From Eukaryota sp. GEM-RC1 (lineage: Eukaryota), in the NCBI GenBank assembly GCA_040285855.1, contig JAUFOQ010000002.1:868001-932000 (forward strand): a stretch of DNA of 64,000 nucleotides. Direction: 5' to 3'. The notes beneath the pieces were generated by a model that was not told where the DNA came from, searched no databases, and saw nothing but the letters and a program-made list of their open reading frames with translations. Each line of letters begins with the position of its first letter. The stretch's first letter is position 1. Positions 1 through 11,431 of this stretch are shown one piece after another. The position numbers and the translations under genes are program-made.

Positions 1-3000
1 GTTAACAAATTTCATTACATTTTTAAATCTTAACAAGCCCAGTTTGTTAATAAGTTATGATTGGCATTTAGATACTTTTCCGTTTTTAGTATCACGATGT
101 AAAAAATTAGAAGTTGACATTGATTATACAATTGATGATTACATTTCTTCTCTTCCATCTTGGTTCCATAGATGGTGCAAACCAACGGAAATTGGTCCTT
201 TTATTCCCTTGACTTGAATTCAGTATTGAAGAAGTTGTATGTCTTTAGAGGTGGTCGGTTTTTGGAAATCGTGACAACAATTATGATGGACATGAATAAT
301 CATTTGAGAACATTTGAAAGTTTTGACAAGGAAAATGTATTCCTTAAGAGAATATTTCATTCTTTAGACAATCCTCTAGTGTCAGTTGAAGAAATGAAAG
401 TGAAAACTGAAGAACGTCAGAACAAGGAGCCATCTGTAAAACTAAAACCCAAGGCTGAAATCGAGATTCGACTGTTAGCAGAATTAACAAAACTTAATGA
501 ACTTTGGGAATCTACAACTTCAAGAGCCACCTTGTTATTGAACTCAATCAATAAGCTGTATTTGATACAATACCTTCTCTTTGATCTTCTCGATGAAAAG
601 AAACAAAAATTAAGAGAACGACCACCAATGAAGGCGGTGAAGAAACGATTAGATAATGTTGTATCAAAGACTAAAGCGAATTGGATGGAATCTTGTGCTA
701 AGAGAGCTCATCAAGTCAGAGTTCGTGGTACACATATGTTGAAACATTTTTTCATAACTAAGTTTCACAACTCTTTAATTTTCGACAAGGTCAAAGAGAT
801 ACTACCTCCCACTGATTACATTTTCACTGTTAAAGAAGAAATTGAAACAGACACTGAAGTTTCAGACACTGAACAAACAGAAATTTTAAGTGAAGAGTTT
901 GTGCCTCAACAATTAGAAGAAACTGAATTGCCTGTATCTTCAGACCCTCATTTTGTTTTCGATCGTACCATTGAATCGGAAATTTTAGATGAAGACAGTG
1001 GAATTTTAGAAGAAGACGGTGATGAAAATGAAACTGGTGAACCTGAACTTGACCTTTTTACTAAAATTCAAATTACCAAATTTGAATTACCAGACTGGGG
1101 AGCCTACTTTAAGAAGGGTCCAATGGGACAACTGTTGGCCATGATGTGGATTCCAAATCACCAATTTTTCAACAGTATTGATCATATTAAAACTGTGGAA
1201 AACTCTTTAAACAACATCATTTCTAATGTAAAAACAACAACTACAAAGAAGGAGTTCGCCCAACACTTCCTATCAAACTACATCCCTCTGTTAGAAACTG
1301 CTGGTGAAATGGTTGGTAAAGATAGGATCGTGTTTCCAAGTGGACTATATTTGGCTAATCCTCTCGGTTACGTTGCAACCGAAATTATTACAAATTATAA
1401 GAACAACATGAGCCAACACTTCCATGAATATGTTTTTCAAGTTTTTAATTTGGTTACTCAAAAGAAAGAGAGAATGGAAGCTATTACCGACAAAACTGAA
1501 AGACAAGAACTCTGTCAAAGGATTAATGAAGTTAGAGAATTGATTATTAATGGTCAAATTTCCAAAATTAATTTTGAAGATAAGCAAGTTTTTACCAATC
1601 CGGAATCTCACTTGAGTATATTATTCTTCAATTATTTGTTCAATTATTTTGAGGGAAAGATGGAGAAAACGATCTACTATGCTGAAAAGAGTGATCCGTT
1701 ATACTTTTTAAGTCATGCACTGTATTTGAACCGTCTCATTGAAGACTATTGTCCTGGTGTAAGAGCAAACAATCCTTTCCCATTGTCTAAATCTTTAATT
1801 CCAAATCATATCAGGTTCGATACGCAATGGTTCCACGAATTATTTCGTAGGGATATTACCCAACCTGTTAAATATAATGAAGTACGGAAGAATATTTGGG
1901 ATTCAGTATTAAAACCTCAGGCTATTCCAGAGTCATTATCCTATGACTTTAAATACACTTCAATTTCGTCAGACGGTTTAAGTTGTAGTTTGTTGATGAT
2001 GAGGAAAGATTTACTTGATGAAAATGGAAATACTCGTGAAAATGTTACAGCAGTTAATCTTGCTTCAAATGAACGATATATTGATTCCTTAGGTGAAGAT
2101 GAAATTGAAGAACTGAATTTAAAATCTAAGAGAATTGTTGCTGTTGACCCCAACCAACATGATCTCATGTATTGTGCCAGTTTAAAAACTGATGAGGAAG
2201 AATCGTGTGAGAAACTTAAAGTTGATGAAACAACACAATTAATAGAAAATGGAATGGCCAATGCTTGTGTTACAGAAATTGATCTTGCTTCCAATGAACA
2301 ATCTATTGATTCCTCAGGTGAGAAGGAAATTGAGCCCAAGCCAGTTACCCTAGTTAGAACAAGAAAGATTGCTCCATTGTCTTCTAAGAAAAGGGGAAGT
2401 TTAAAAAAAATGAAAAAACAATTAAATGATTGGAAGCAAGACACTAACCCACAACCTGTAAAGTGGAAAAGGCGTGACAAATGGAAGGTGTTCCGATACA
2501 CTGCTGGGGAGAGAAAGGCAGATCTTAACAAATCTAAATGGAAACCAAGAAAAAAATCAGCCATCACAGTTCCAAAAGAATTGACAAAGAAAGAAAAAAA
2601 AGAAAAAAAGCTAAAAAAGAACGAAAGGAAAAACGAAATTTCAAAAAACATGAAAGGAAACGTCGCAACAGAGGAATTGTCGAATTGACGGAAAGCAAAC
2701 GATTACAGAGGTACTCAACTGAGTTTGAGAAGAGTGTGTGGAATGGTCAGAAAATACTGGATTCCTACAGTTCAGATACTCCAAGAAGAAAATCATGTAA
2801 ATTGGAAGAATTTTGAAGATACATTGTTAACAATGAAGTTTTCTGTGCATTAATGAGAACAACCACAACTGGAAAAGCAACTGCTGAAGGATTACATCAA
2901 AAGAAAGGACCATCAAAGAAACTACCTAAGAAAGGACCAACTCAACAAATACCTGCTGCAGCTGAAGGTCTTTATGAAGAAAATTTTTTTAGACGTAGAC

Positions 3001-3855
3001 GCCTTACCCAATATTCAAGAAAAGAACGAAATGAACAAAACTTGGTCCACAGATTAGCTCTCCAATATGGTGATCCCAATGAAGTCGTTGTTGGTTTTGG
3101 GGATTGGAATGACACTCAATTCCGAAGAAGAAGGGGTAAGGCAAGTACAGTAAAAGGAGCGACTCTTCGAAACTTGCTAAGAAAATTTGGATTTAAAGTT
3201 TTCTTAGTTGATGAATTTATGACAAGCAAATGTTGCTCTGCTTGTGCTGCTGAAAACCAGGAAGGTATCTGTTCCAATCCTGACTTTGTCAAAGTCATTG
3301 ATCCTCTGTGGAAGAAGAAGGTACAGAAGGAGGAGAAGAAATTGAAAAAAGAAATTATGGAACACAATCAATTAGGCAATGTTGTGAAACGTAATTTTGA
3401 AGATGAATGGACCAAACAGTTGCCATTCATGAAAGCAAGGTTGAAGAGCAAAAAAGTCTCACCATGGGGCTTAGTCCAATGTGCTAAATGTCATGTCCTC
3501 TGGAATAGAGACTTCAACTCTGCTATTAACATTTATAACATTGTAAATGGAATTATCCAAGGTCAAGGTAGACCTGCTGTCCTCGAGAGACCAAAATCTC
3601 AAACAATAACTATCGAGGATGGTGGGATTACAGATCAGGTTCCCAAGAAGAAGAAGAGTGTGAGTAAGTGTCAGTATTGTCATATGGAAGGTCATACAAC
3701 GGCAAAGTGTCCTCAAAGACCTGTGCCTCCTAAAAGTCCCTCGCAAATGTAGTGAATGTAGGCAACCAGGACATGATAGAAGAAACTGCCCAAGTAAGAC
3801 CCAGAAAGATGTACCCAAAGACTCACAAGTAGAGAATGAAGAACCGGAATCCTGA
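1..3855 (+). CDS. Fanzor1 (TnpB-like RuvC nuclease), copy 1; 5' part lies before the window; split by indels
   Basis: Motifs SISSDGLSCSL, RuvC-I RIVAVDPNQHDL, VVGFGDW, RuvC-II FLVDEFMTSKCCSAC, CAKC and RuvC-III LWNRDFNSAINI. Colinear with the copy at 48873-52750. Frame breaks near 200, 2550-2600 and 3735, plus an in-frame TGA at 2814. The frame after 3735 reads KVPRKCSECRQPGHDRRNCPSKTQKDVPKDSQ...ES* (stop 3853-3855), matching the end of copy 2. Confidence 0.9.
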
Positions 3856-3983
3856 ATCTTATAAGTTAGCTCGTCCTAAAAGGCTTGCAAATGAGTGGCT
3901 CATTGTGGTTCGCAATGTGGATCACAATGTGCCAAACTGTGGAGAGAATGTATTATGCATTTGAAATGAAAACCACAGATCGG
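3856..3983 (+). ncRNA. Putative Fanzor omegaRNA scaffold (right end of copy 1)
   Basis: Non-coding blocks shared with copy 2 (AAGTTAGCTCGTCyTAAAAG, AAACTGTG, TTATGCATTTGrAATGAAA, CACAG). Stems TGGC..GCCA (3896-3934) and CTGTGG/CCACAG (3937-3978). Similarity stops just after CACAG. Confidence 0.75.
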
Positions 3984-4049
3984 TTACTCCTTTACTACTA
4001 CCGGTAGTTTCTCTGTTCTTTAAACGGAGTCTAACTACAACTCTGACTA

Positions 4050-4433
4050 ATGGCTTCTTTCCCAATTGTGAGAATCACACAAAAACTCGAGTATTGGTAC
4101 AATCTTCTTCAAACGGAGATCAGCGAAATAGACAAAGACGTTCGGATGCTTCTTCAACTCTCACACAAATATAACACAAAGGCCTTCAATCCATCCATCA
4201 ATAAACTTCGTTCTAAGCAGGAACTCCGCTCCACTTACGTCTCAAAAATTGAAACTGTGATGAAGCTACACAGTTTGCACGTGGATACTGGCAAATCGCT
4301 CATCAAGAAACTTACAAACGAATTCTCAGACGTGGAAGTTCAATATCACATCAATGAGAATGATCAAGACAACGCGCTCGGATCTTCAAAAATTATTACT
4401 CAATCCTATATTCCGATATCCAACGATATTTAA
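4050..4433 (+). CDS. Hypothetical protein (127 aa, helical/coiled-coil-like)
   Basis: Clean ATG-initiated ORF converging on the SNF2 gene; no recognised motif. Confidence 0.55.
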   Translation: MASFPIVRITQKLEYWYNLLQTEISEIDKDVRMLLQLSHKYNTKAFNPSINKLRSKQELRSTYVSKIETVMKLHSLHVDTGKSLIKKLTNEFSDVEVQYHINENDQDNALGSSKIITQSYIPISNDI

Positions 4434-4482
4434 TGTTTTGTAATTATTGAATTTTTGTATTATATGTATTTGGCGATTTTGT

Positions 4483-7114
4483 CTAACTCGAATAAAATGT
4501 TTTTTCCAAAATCTGAGCAAAATCGTCACTAGTATTACTGACTTTTCTTGTCGTAAATGCTCCGTCTAACAACTGTGAATTTAACTCAGCCTTCTTTTTG
4601 GCAGTTTCCAATATAGCTTCATCAATTGTTGATTGAGCAACTAATCTATATACTGTAACATCTTTAGTCTGTCCAATACGATGACAACGATCTTCTGCTT
4701 GTGAATCATTTTGTGGATTATAATCAGAATCAAAGAAGATTACAGTGTCCGCAGAGGTTAAGTTTATCCCTACTCCGCCAGCTTTTGTAGACAGGAGAAA
4801 CACCTTAATGTCCTGTTCGTCATTGAAGGTGTTGATGATGTCCTGTCTATCTAAAGTTGGAGTCTGACCGTCCAACCGACAGAATTCCAACCCCAGAGAG
4901 TTGCAGAATCGCTCTAAAACATTTAAAATTGTAGTGAATTGGGAAAATATTAGAATTCGATGATTTTTGAGAACAAGCTCTGGTACAAGAGTTTTGAGCT
5001 GAAGAAACTTTCCACTCGACCATAAGAGTTGATCATCACTCAAACAAAACCTCTGAGTCTTTTGATGCAAATAACATAAATCATCTATATCAATATCACA
5101 GAGAAAGGTCATATTGAATCGAACATCGTCTAGAGAGGGTTTTTCTTTAACTCCTGGACCAGCAAACATTGTTTTCGATATTTTTTTGAGTTCGGTAAAG
5201 CTCAATGAGTGTAGAGTTTTCACTAATTGTTCAAATCGAGGTCCAGTGTAATGAATTCGGAAAAACTGGGGATGGTTAGCAGCTTTTCTTAACTGCATTA
5301 CAATATTTTGAAGATTTTTCTTACTAATTTCTGATAAAAACGACAGCAACCCCGATGATCCCTCTGTTTGAAGCTCCTTTGCAATAATTCCCTTATAAAC
5401 ATCCGTTTGTTCCGCTGTCATTGAACAAGGTATCACATGCTCTGTTTTCTTTGGTAAATGAGGGGCCACTGTCTTCTTCAACCGTCGTAAAATGAAAGGA
5501 CCTAGAATTCTTCGGAGTTGTGCACGACGTTTTTCTTTCTTCTTCTGTACTTTCTCCTCTTCAGTTTCTTGTTCCACTTCAACCACAAGTTCTTGGTCTT
5601 CTTCTTCGTCCTGAAGGCTTAGAGCATCCATTTCGTCCAAAGGGAGTGAATCCACAGAGAAACCTTTGAAAACTGTGGGCATGAGAAAAGATAGTAGCGA
5701 CCATAGTTCTTTTAAATTATTTTGGATAGGTGTACCAGTTAACAATAGTCGATGATTGCAATCAAATGACGTGATACGTTGATGCCGCAGCGATGACGCG
5801 TTTTTAATTCCTTGTGCTTCATCGAGAATTAAATAATCGAACTTCAGTTTCTTAAAAAACTTCTTCTCTGTTTTTTGACATACTAAATTATAAGTACTAA
5901 TCATAACATTTGGCAGTCTATTACTCTTCCTCATTTTCTTAATCCTAGATTGATAATAGAGACGTTCATCAAGAGTTCCGTAATAAACAAAGACTGAGAG
6001 CTCAGGACAAAACTTCTCAAATTCATTCTCCCAATTAGAAACAATTGAGGAAGGTACAATAATCAAATGAGGTCCCTGAGAAATCTGTTCTTCTGATAAC
6101 AAAGCTAGGAAAGAAATCAAAGAGATCGTCTTTCCTAATCCCATTTCATCAGCAAGAATCCCATTGACTTTGTGTTGGTGTAGTAGATACATCCAATTCA
6201 ATGCAACAACTTGATGTTTGTGCAGAGTTCCCTTAAATATCGTAGGGATATTAACCATCATTGATTCTGAATCATCAAACAAGTCCTTACTTTCCAAGGC
6301 CTTCATTAATCTAAGACGATGACGTTCTGATTCATCAATCAAAAACTCTAAAGATCCATCATGTTCATGCTCTGATTCTGATGATTCTGATTCTAATTCA
6401 TCGTTTAGAGGGGGGAGTGGCTTGAGGAGCATCCAGTTTATCTAATACTTTAGCAAAAGATCGTTTTGGTTTTGGTTTTTTAACTGGTGATTGAGGTACT
6501 TCGTCATCAGAGTCAATAAGAACACGTGATTTCTTTTTAGGTTGAGTATCAAGAGCCATTGAAGAGTGACATCTCTTGTGGTAAGACTCTAGTGCTTGAA
6601 GTCCAGTCATTCGGATAGGTTTAGGTGGACAAGAAGGTTTTGAGTCCTGAGATGAAGTTGGAGAAGAGACCTTGTTGAAAGGGGAATCAATAGAACGAGA
6701 GAATAGTGAAGGAACTCGTTGAGGTGTGGGCTGAGTTGAGACTATTTTGTTGAACTCTTCAGTTGTACTGTTTAGGATGGGTTGTTGTGCAAGAACAGAT
6801 TTGATTTTGGCATGTAGCTTTGACAGAGTGTCGTTACGTTGTTGGATGATGGCAGGTGGTGGCTTGGATTTAGGTTTTGTAGGTGTACGAATGAGATCAA
6901 ACATTGAGGGAGAAGATGGAGGCGTTGGAGTGTCAAGGTATTCATCTTCTAATAAGAGGTCAGTCTTCTGTTTGGAACGAGCAGCGTTAGAGTTGGACTC
7001 TTGGTCAGAAAACTCTGGGTCAGAATCAGATAAATACTCATCTGCTTCGGAAGAGCTACTTCCAGCAGATGACAGTAGTGTATCAGAGTGAGGAGATGTA
7101 CATTCCTCAGACAT
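4483..7114 (-). CDS. SNF2-family chromatin remodeller, Fun30/SMARCAD1-like
   Basis: Motifs GILADEMGLGKT, LILDEAQ, LLLTGTPIQNNL, FSQFT, LLSTKAGGVGINL and QAEDRCHRIGQ. The acidic/Ser-rich N-terminal ORF (MSEECTSPH, ATG 7114) joins through one frame change near the G6 run at ~6410. Confidence 0.9.
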
Positions 7115-7119
7115 TCCAA

Positions 7120-7130
7120 GTGCAGGGAAA
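7120..7130 (-). promoter_or_regulatory. TTTCCCTGCAC motif upstream of the SNF2 start codon
   Basis: The same 11-mer occurs in sense orientation upstream of ATAD2 (33947-33957) and PIF1 (57997-58007). Confidence 0.5.
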
Positions 7131-7173
7131 GGGGAATTTTCAGTTTTCCAAACCAAACAATACCAAAAGCACA

Positions 7174-10014
7174 ATGACCATCACTGCTGATCAGCTTACA
7201 CAGTTGTTTAATGCTGTACAAAGTGGCGATCAACATCTACGTGAATCCGCAGAAAAATCACTGTTTTCGCTGCACAAAACACCTAATCTTCTTCCCACTT
7301 TACTTCAATACATCTCTGATCCTAAATTCACCGTAAATCAACGAATTCTGGCGTGTGTGAGTGCAAAGCAGGCTGTAGTGCGTGAATGGCGGATATCAAC
7401 TGGTGCGATCCCAGATTCTGACAAGTCTATTACCAAACAAGTTCTTCCCGATCTGTTTCTCACTGACGATCTTCTCTTGTGTGATAACATTGCTGATGTC
7501 GCAGCCAAAATCATGCGTAAAGAAACTCTCAAATCTTGGCCAGAGTTCCCCAGCATTCTAGTCCAAAGATCCAAACAATACATCCAAGAAAACAAGACCC
7601 CCACTTGTTTCCTTCTAGGACTCAGCGCTGTTGTCCGTGAGCTTTCTTCCATGTGTCTCTCATCTGATCGTCGTCTCTACTATTCCCTCTCTATCTCTCT
7701 TACTTCAGATCTTCTGTCCATCATTGCTTCTCTTATTCCCAAGACTGACTTCCAGTCTACTTCAATCAAGAACCAACCTCTTCTAATATGTCTTTCTACC
7801 GTGCAAACACTTCTTGACACTGGTGTCTGTGGATCTGATGACGAGTCTGTCCCCTCATTGCTTCGGAATGTAGTAGAGATGACTATCATGTTTGTTTCTA
7901 ACGTGACTATTTCTCCAAAGACAGTTGGATCAGCATCAGTAGAGCTCGTTTTGGAGGTTGTGCAGGGAGTTCTTTCGATAAACCCCGTTGTATTAGACCA
8001 ACATGTCAAGAACTTCTTGGTTTATGCTCTTCAAATAATGTCTACGTGGCCTAAAGTTGATGAATTATTATACAGCACTGTTTGTAATTTTATTAGTGAT
8101 GTCATTATTTCTAAAAATAGACTTCGACAGATTGATAGAGACGTGAACGAGCTCTTCTCTCAATCATCTCTTGTTCAGATGTTCACTCACTTAGTTTGTT
8201 ATGGACTATCTCCATTCTATGACTCAAAACTATCAGATTTGATTGATGTCGACCCTGAAGAATTCCACAGAAAGTCAATACACGACCCTCCGTTGTTCTT
8301 AGTTGGAAGTAGAAACTTAGTGTCTGTTCTTTTCGCAGAGTTAGAGAAGGAGTCCAAGGCAGCAGTGTTTGAAGTGTTGGGAACTCAGTTTCCGAATTTG
8401 ACTGCATCACGTGAGGATTTTGAACTGGTGAAAAAGATTGATGGGATTCTTGAGCTTCTTTCGTTGGGTGCACATTCCTTTTTTGGAAAGGAGGCACGTG
8501 ATTTGATTCCCGTGTTGCAAGGACTGTCAATCATGGTTCAACACGAGCACCCTGCAATTAGACGACGAATTGGGCTGTTGATCGCTGCTTACTCTTTTGT
8601 TGTTGCTGGAGAAGAAGAATTTTTAAAAACAGTATTTGAATTATTTAATGATTCAAATCTACTCGTCCGTTTTGCTTCATGGGAAGCTCTACATGCTCTA
8701 CTGACAGAACATCAATCTGTCGTCAATCATCGACAATTGATTGATAAAAATGGGGAATTTCTGATTAAATCAATGGTGGAATCAGTTAAAGAGCTGTCTT
8801 CAGATGAATTGTTGAAAAGAGTTTGTAATTTGATTATGGATATTTCTACGATTCTAAAATCAAATATTTTAAATTTCTTGGAACCCATTCTGTCATTGGC
8901 CCCTACTTTCTGTTCACGGTCATCAATCAAATCTGAATTCATCGCTCTCTTAAAGAGGATATGCTTTCAAATCGGCAGCAACTCACCAATTCTTTGGAGT
9001 ATTTCATTTACAATCTTTAATTCAGTATTTCCATCACGTTTGCCTGATTCCTTGGAGGTTGAAGACTGCACTCAGTTGTACCTCGCTTTACTCAGAAATT
9101 GTCCGTCATCCGGAGTCGAACCATCATCAGTTGGTCAATTACTCTCTTTTATCCAACATATACCAAAGCTACTAAACCTTGAACTGAGGTTACTACCAGT
9201 GTTTATGCAGGTTATATTTGCTGCTGCTTTGCTTGGTGGCCCAGAGTTTTGTAAACAACATTGTACTATTTTTGCTAAAATTCTGGAAGAAACTGTTAAA
9301 ATTGCCACGGATCGGGCGGTAGTTATGGTTCTAACTACATTTGATCTTCTTTTGCTATTTGCTTCCTCCGAGATTTGTAATCACGCTCAATCAACTTTGA
9401 TTGAAGTGTTTTCAACTGTTATTGAGGTGGGTCAAGGTGAAATTGATGACGATATCTCTGCAGTTTTGATTGCAGGATTTTCTTCTCTCGGATGCCGTCT
9501 ACTATACTCCAATCCACCATTATTCATGGAAATAATTAAAAATTTAAATAATCAGTTAGAGTGGTCACAAAATTTCTTTTATTTCCTTTCTACATCACTG
9601 GAATACTTTGACGTCGTTCTTGACTATCACAAACAAAAAGTAATCATGTCAGCAGTATTATTTGCTTTAGAAAACGACGATACGGGTACTGTCTTCTCCT
9701 TAATTTCACCAATTGTTTCCTCTCTATCCACCCTACTCTCCAGTCAAACTGAATCTGACCCTAATCGTGAGGTGTTTAGCTTTATTCTGCACGCTGATGA
9801 TGATCTCTATGACGAGGATGAGATGGTTGCAGATGGTCAACTACCTGAGAACGAGAGGAAATCGCAACTGTTACAAATTGATCCAATTATTTCATTAGAT
9901 TTGAAATCTTGGTCAAAACGCATCTTACCCATTGCTATTTCCAAATTTCCAGCCCAGTGGGAGAACTTAAAAAGCGCTGTTAACGAAAGACAATGGGATG
10001 TTATAATGAGTTAA
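7174..10014 (+). CDS. Importin-beta family protein, importin-11/Kap120-like
   Basis: IBN_N-like N-terminus (RESAEKSL...RILACVSAKQAVVREWR, AKIMRKE...WPEF) and long HEAT-like helical body. Likely ATG at 7174, only 59 nt from the divergent SNF2 ATG. Confidence 0.8.
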   Translation: MTITADQLTQLFNAVQSGDQHLRESAEKSLFSLHKTPNLLPTLLQYISDPKFTVNQRILACVSAKQAVVREWRISTGAIPDSDKSITKQVLPDLFLTDDLLLCDNIADVAAKIMRKETLKSWPEFPSILVQRSKQYIQENKTPTCFLLGLSAVVRELSSMCLSSDRRLYYSLSISLTSDLLSIIASLIPKTDFQSTSIKNQPLLICLSTVQTLLDTGVCGSDDESVPSLLRNVVEMTIMFVSNVTISPKTVGSASVELVLEVVQGVLSINPVVLDQHVKNFLVYALQIMSTWPKVDELLYSTVCNFISDVIISKNRLRQIDRDVNELFSQSSLVQMFTHLVCYGLSPFYDSKLSDLIDVDPEEFHRKSIHDPPLFLVGSRNLVSVLFAELEKESKAAVFEVLGTQFPNLTASREDFELVKKIDGILELLSLGAHSFFGKEARDLIPVLQGLSIMVQHEHPAIRRRIGLLIAAYSFVVAGEEEFLKTVFELFNDSNLLVRFASWEALHALLTEHQSVVNHRQLIDKNGEFLIKSMVESVKELSSDELLKRVCNLIMDISTILKSNILNFLEPILSLAPTFCSRSSIKSEFIALLKRICFQIGSNSPILWSISFTIFNSVFPSRLPDSLEVEDCTQLYLALLRNCPSSGVEPSSVGQLLSFIQHIPKLLNLELRLLPVFMQVIFAAALLGGPEFCKQHCTIFAKILEETVKIATDRAVVMVLTTFDLLLLFASSEICNHAQSTLIEVFSTVIEVGQGEIDDDISAVLIAGFSSLGCRLLYSNPPLFMEIIKNLNNQLEWSQNFFYFLSTSLEYFDVVLDYHKQKVIMSAVLFALENDDTGTVFSLISPIVSSLSTLLSSQTESDPNREVFSFILHADDDLYDEDEMVADGQLPENERKSQLLQIDPIISLDLKSWSKRILPIAISKFPAQWENLKSAVNERQWDVIMS

Positions 10015-10048
10015 TACAAAGTAAGATGTTCATAATTACAACTGTTAT

Positions 10049-10906
10049 TCAACCAGCAAATAATTGGGTAAAATAAAATGTTGGTCCAGACTTATAAACA
10101 CCAATCCCACACTTTGAAAAACTTCCTAACAGGTTCTTTCGATGTCCAGGACTATCAATCCACCCGTCAACAGCAGTAGCAGCAGGATCAGCGACATTGG
10201 TGCTCATTGCAACGTTCTCTGCAGCAGTTCTGAAGGAAAACCCAAACTGAGCAGTGCGTTGATCGAAACCTTTATGAGAAAAAAAAACTTTCTCACACAT
10301 GTTCTTAGAGTGTACAACTCCAATGTCAAACATTCGTTGGTTCCACTGTAAAGCAGGAAGTTTATGTTTTGCTCTAAACTCATTAGTACGACGGAGACAC
10401 TCCTTCCCAAGCCTAAGTGGATCTAAAATGGTGTTGTCAATTGTGTGAACACTAGAGCGGTCACTAGTGGAATCAGAAGCAGGAACAAAGGATTCTTGTG
10501 CTTGTTGAAGGGATGCGAAAGTAGTAGGTTTTCTGGGTTTCTTGTTTCTCTGCCAACGATCTTGCTGTATCTTTCGGATGTCTGACAGTGAACCTTGTTT
10601 AGGTTGAGATTTTGGAACACCTATACGATTGATCCGAGCTTGGTGGAGCTTTCTAAGTTCTGAATTGGTAAGTTTGGTTGAACAAACAGTAGACAGAGGT
10701 TGAGATATAGGAGGAATATGAGGAGAGTCTTCAAAGTGAACTGGATCCTTTGGTTTATCATCCTGAGATTGGACCGAAGTGTGTCTGTTCTGCAGTTCTA
10801 AGCATTCGTCTATTACGGAATTCATTTCAGAGTGCTTGTCAAGAACATAAGTGACTTGTTGCAAACTAAGATTTGGAAACATCTGTTGAAGTGTGTCAGG
10901 ATCCAT
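10049..10906 (-). CDS. CAP/SCP domain protein with N-terminal CUE-like domain
   Basis: TNEFRAKHKLPALQWN, HSKNM, FSH, AENVA, WIDSPGHRKNLL and YFTQLF are CAP motifs. LQQMFPNL...VIDECLEL is CUE-like. Confidence 0.85.
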   Translation of the reverse strand: MDPDTLQQMFPNLSLQQVTYVLDKHSEMNSVIDECLELQNRHTSVQSQDDKPKDPVHFEDSPHIPPISQPLSTVCSTKLTNSELRKLHQARINRIGVPKSQPKQGSLSDIRKIQQDRWQRNKKPRKPTTFASLQQAQESFVPASDSTSDRSSVHTIDNTILDPLRLGKECLRRTNEFRAKHKLPALQWNQRMFDIGVVHSKNMCEKVFFSHKGFDQRTAQFGFSFRTAAENVAMSTNVADPAATAVDGWIDSPGHRKNLLGSFSKCGIGVYKSGPTFYFTQLFAG

Positions 10907-11044
10907 TATCTGTACGTACAGGAAAAATAAATGAAGGTTCTAGTTGGTAAACGTTAGTAGTTCTAAGTCTCAACTGGATTGATAACTACTACAGCAGTAG
11001 AAGAATGCAACAGTACTCACTTACAGTGGAATTTCTCTGTCCAC

Positions 11045-11431
11045 ATGTACAACTTTGAGCCGAAACTGATTTCTAAGCCGTTTGCTGAAGCTCTTGAGGA
11101 GGTCAAGAAAGTCATTACTGATACTGGTTTTACCATTGTTTCCGAAATCCCTGTGTCTGACAAAATCCGCAACAAACTAGGTGTCGACTACTCTAATTAC
11201 ACCATCATTGGATTCTGTCAAGTGAAGATCGCCAAGGCTCTCATTGATGCTGAGCCCCACATTGGAACAATGCTCCCCTGCAATTTGGTCATCCGTGAAA
11301 CTGAGACTAACGTCTGTGAAGTTGCGGTTGTTGATCTTGCAAAATCTCTCTCCGTTGCCAATAACCCCGATCTTGCCCCCATTCTCGAGGAAGCAAATGC
11401 TTTACTCGCCAAGTTGCATTCTGCTTTGTAA
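11045..11431 (+). CDS. DUF302 family protein (prokaryote-like)
   Basis: PFAEALEEVKKVITDTGF...KLGVDYSNYTIIGFCQ...AEPHIGTMLPCNLVIRE matches the DUF302 pattern. Confidence 0.85.
   Translation: MYNFEPKLISKPFAEALEEVKKVITDTGFTIVSEIPVSDKIRNKLGVDYSNYTIIGFCQVKIAKALIDAEPHIGTMLPCNLVIRETETNVCEVAVVDLAKSLSVANNPDLAPILEEANALLAKLHSAL

Noticed and set aside
1345..2651. Long antisense ORFs opposite the Fanzor, BspA, ATAD2 and PIF1 genes
   Set aside because: Shadow frames of biased coding sequence with no motifs.
2814..2816. TGA readthrough or stop-codon reassignment
   Set aside because: TAA, TAG and TGA all end conserved genes here and Trp is TGG. This TGA can be explained by adjacent T/A run miscalls or a point mutation.
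6421..6448. 28-nt GT-AG intron that would also repair the SNF2 frame
   Set aside because: Its splice signals are unlike the other introns and it has no pyrimidine tract. An indel in the neighbouring C6 run is equally sufficient; unresolved without RNA data.
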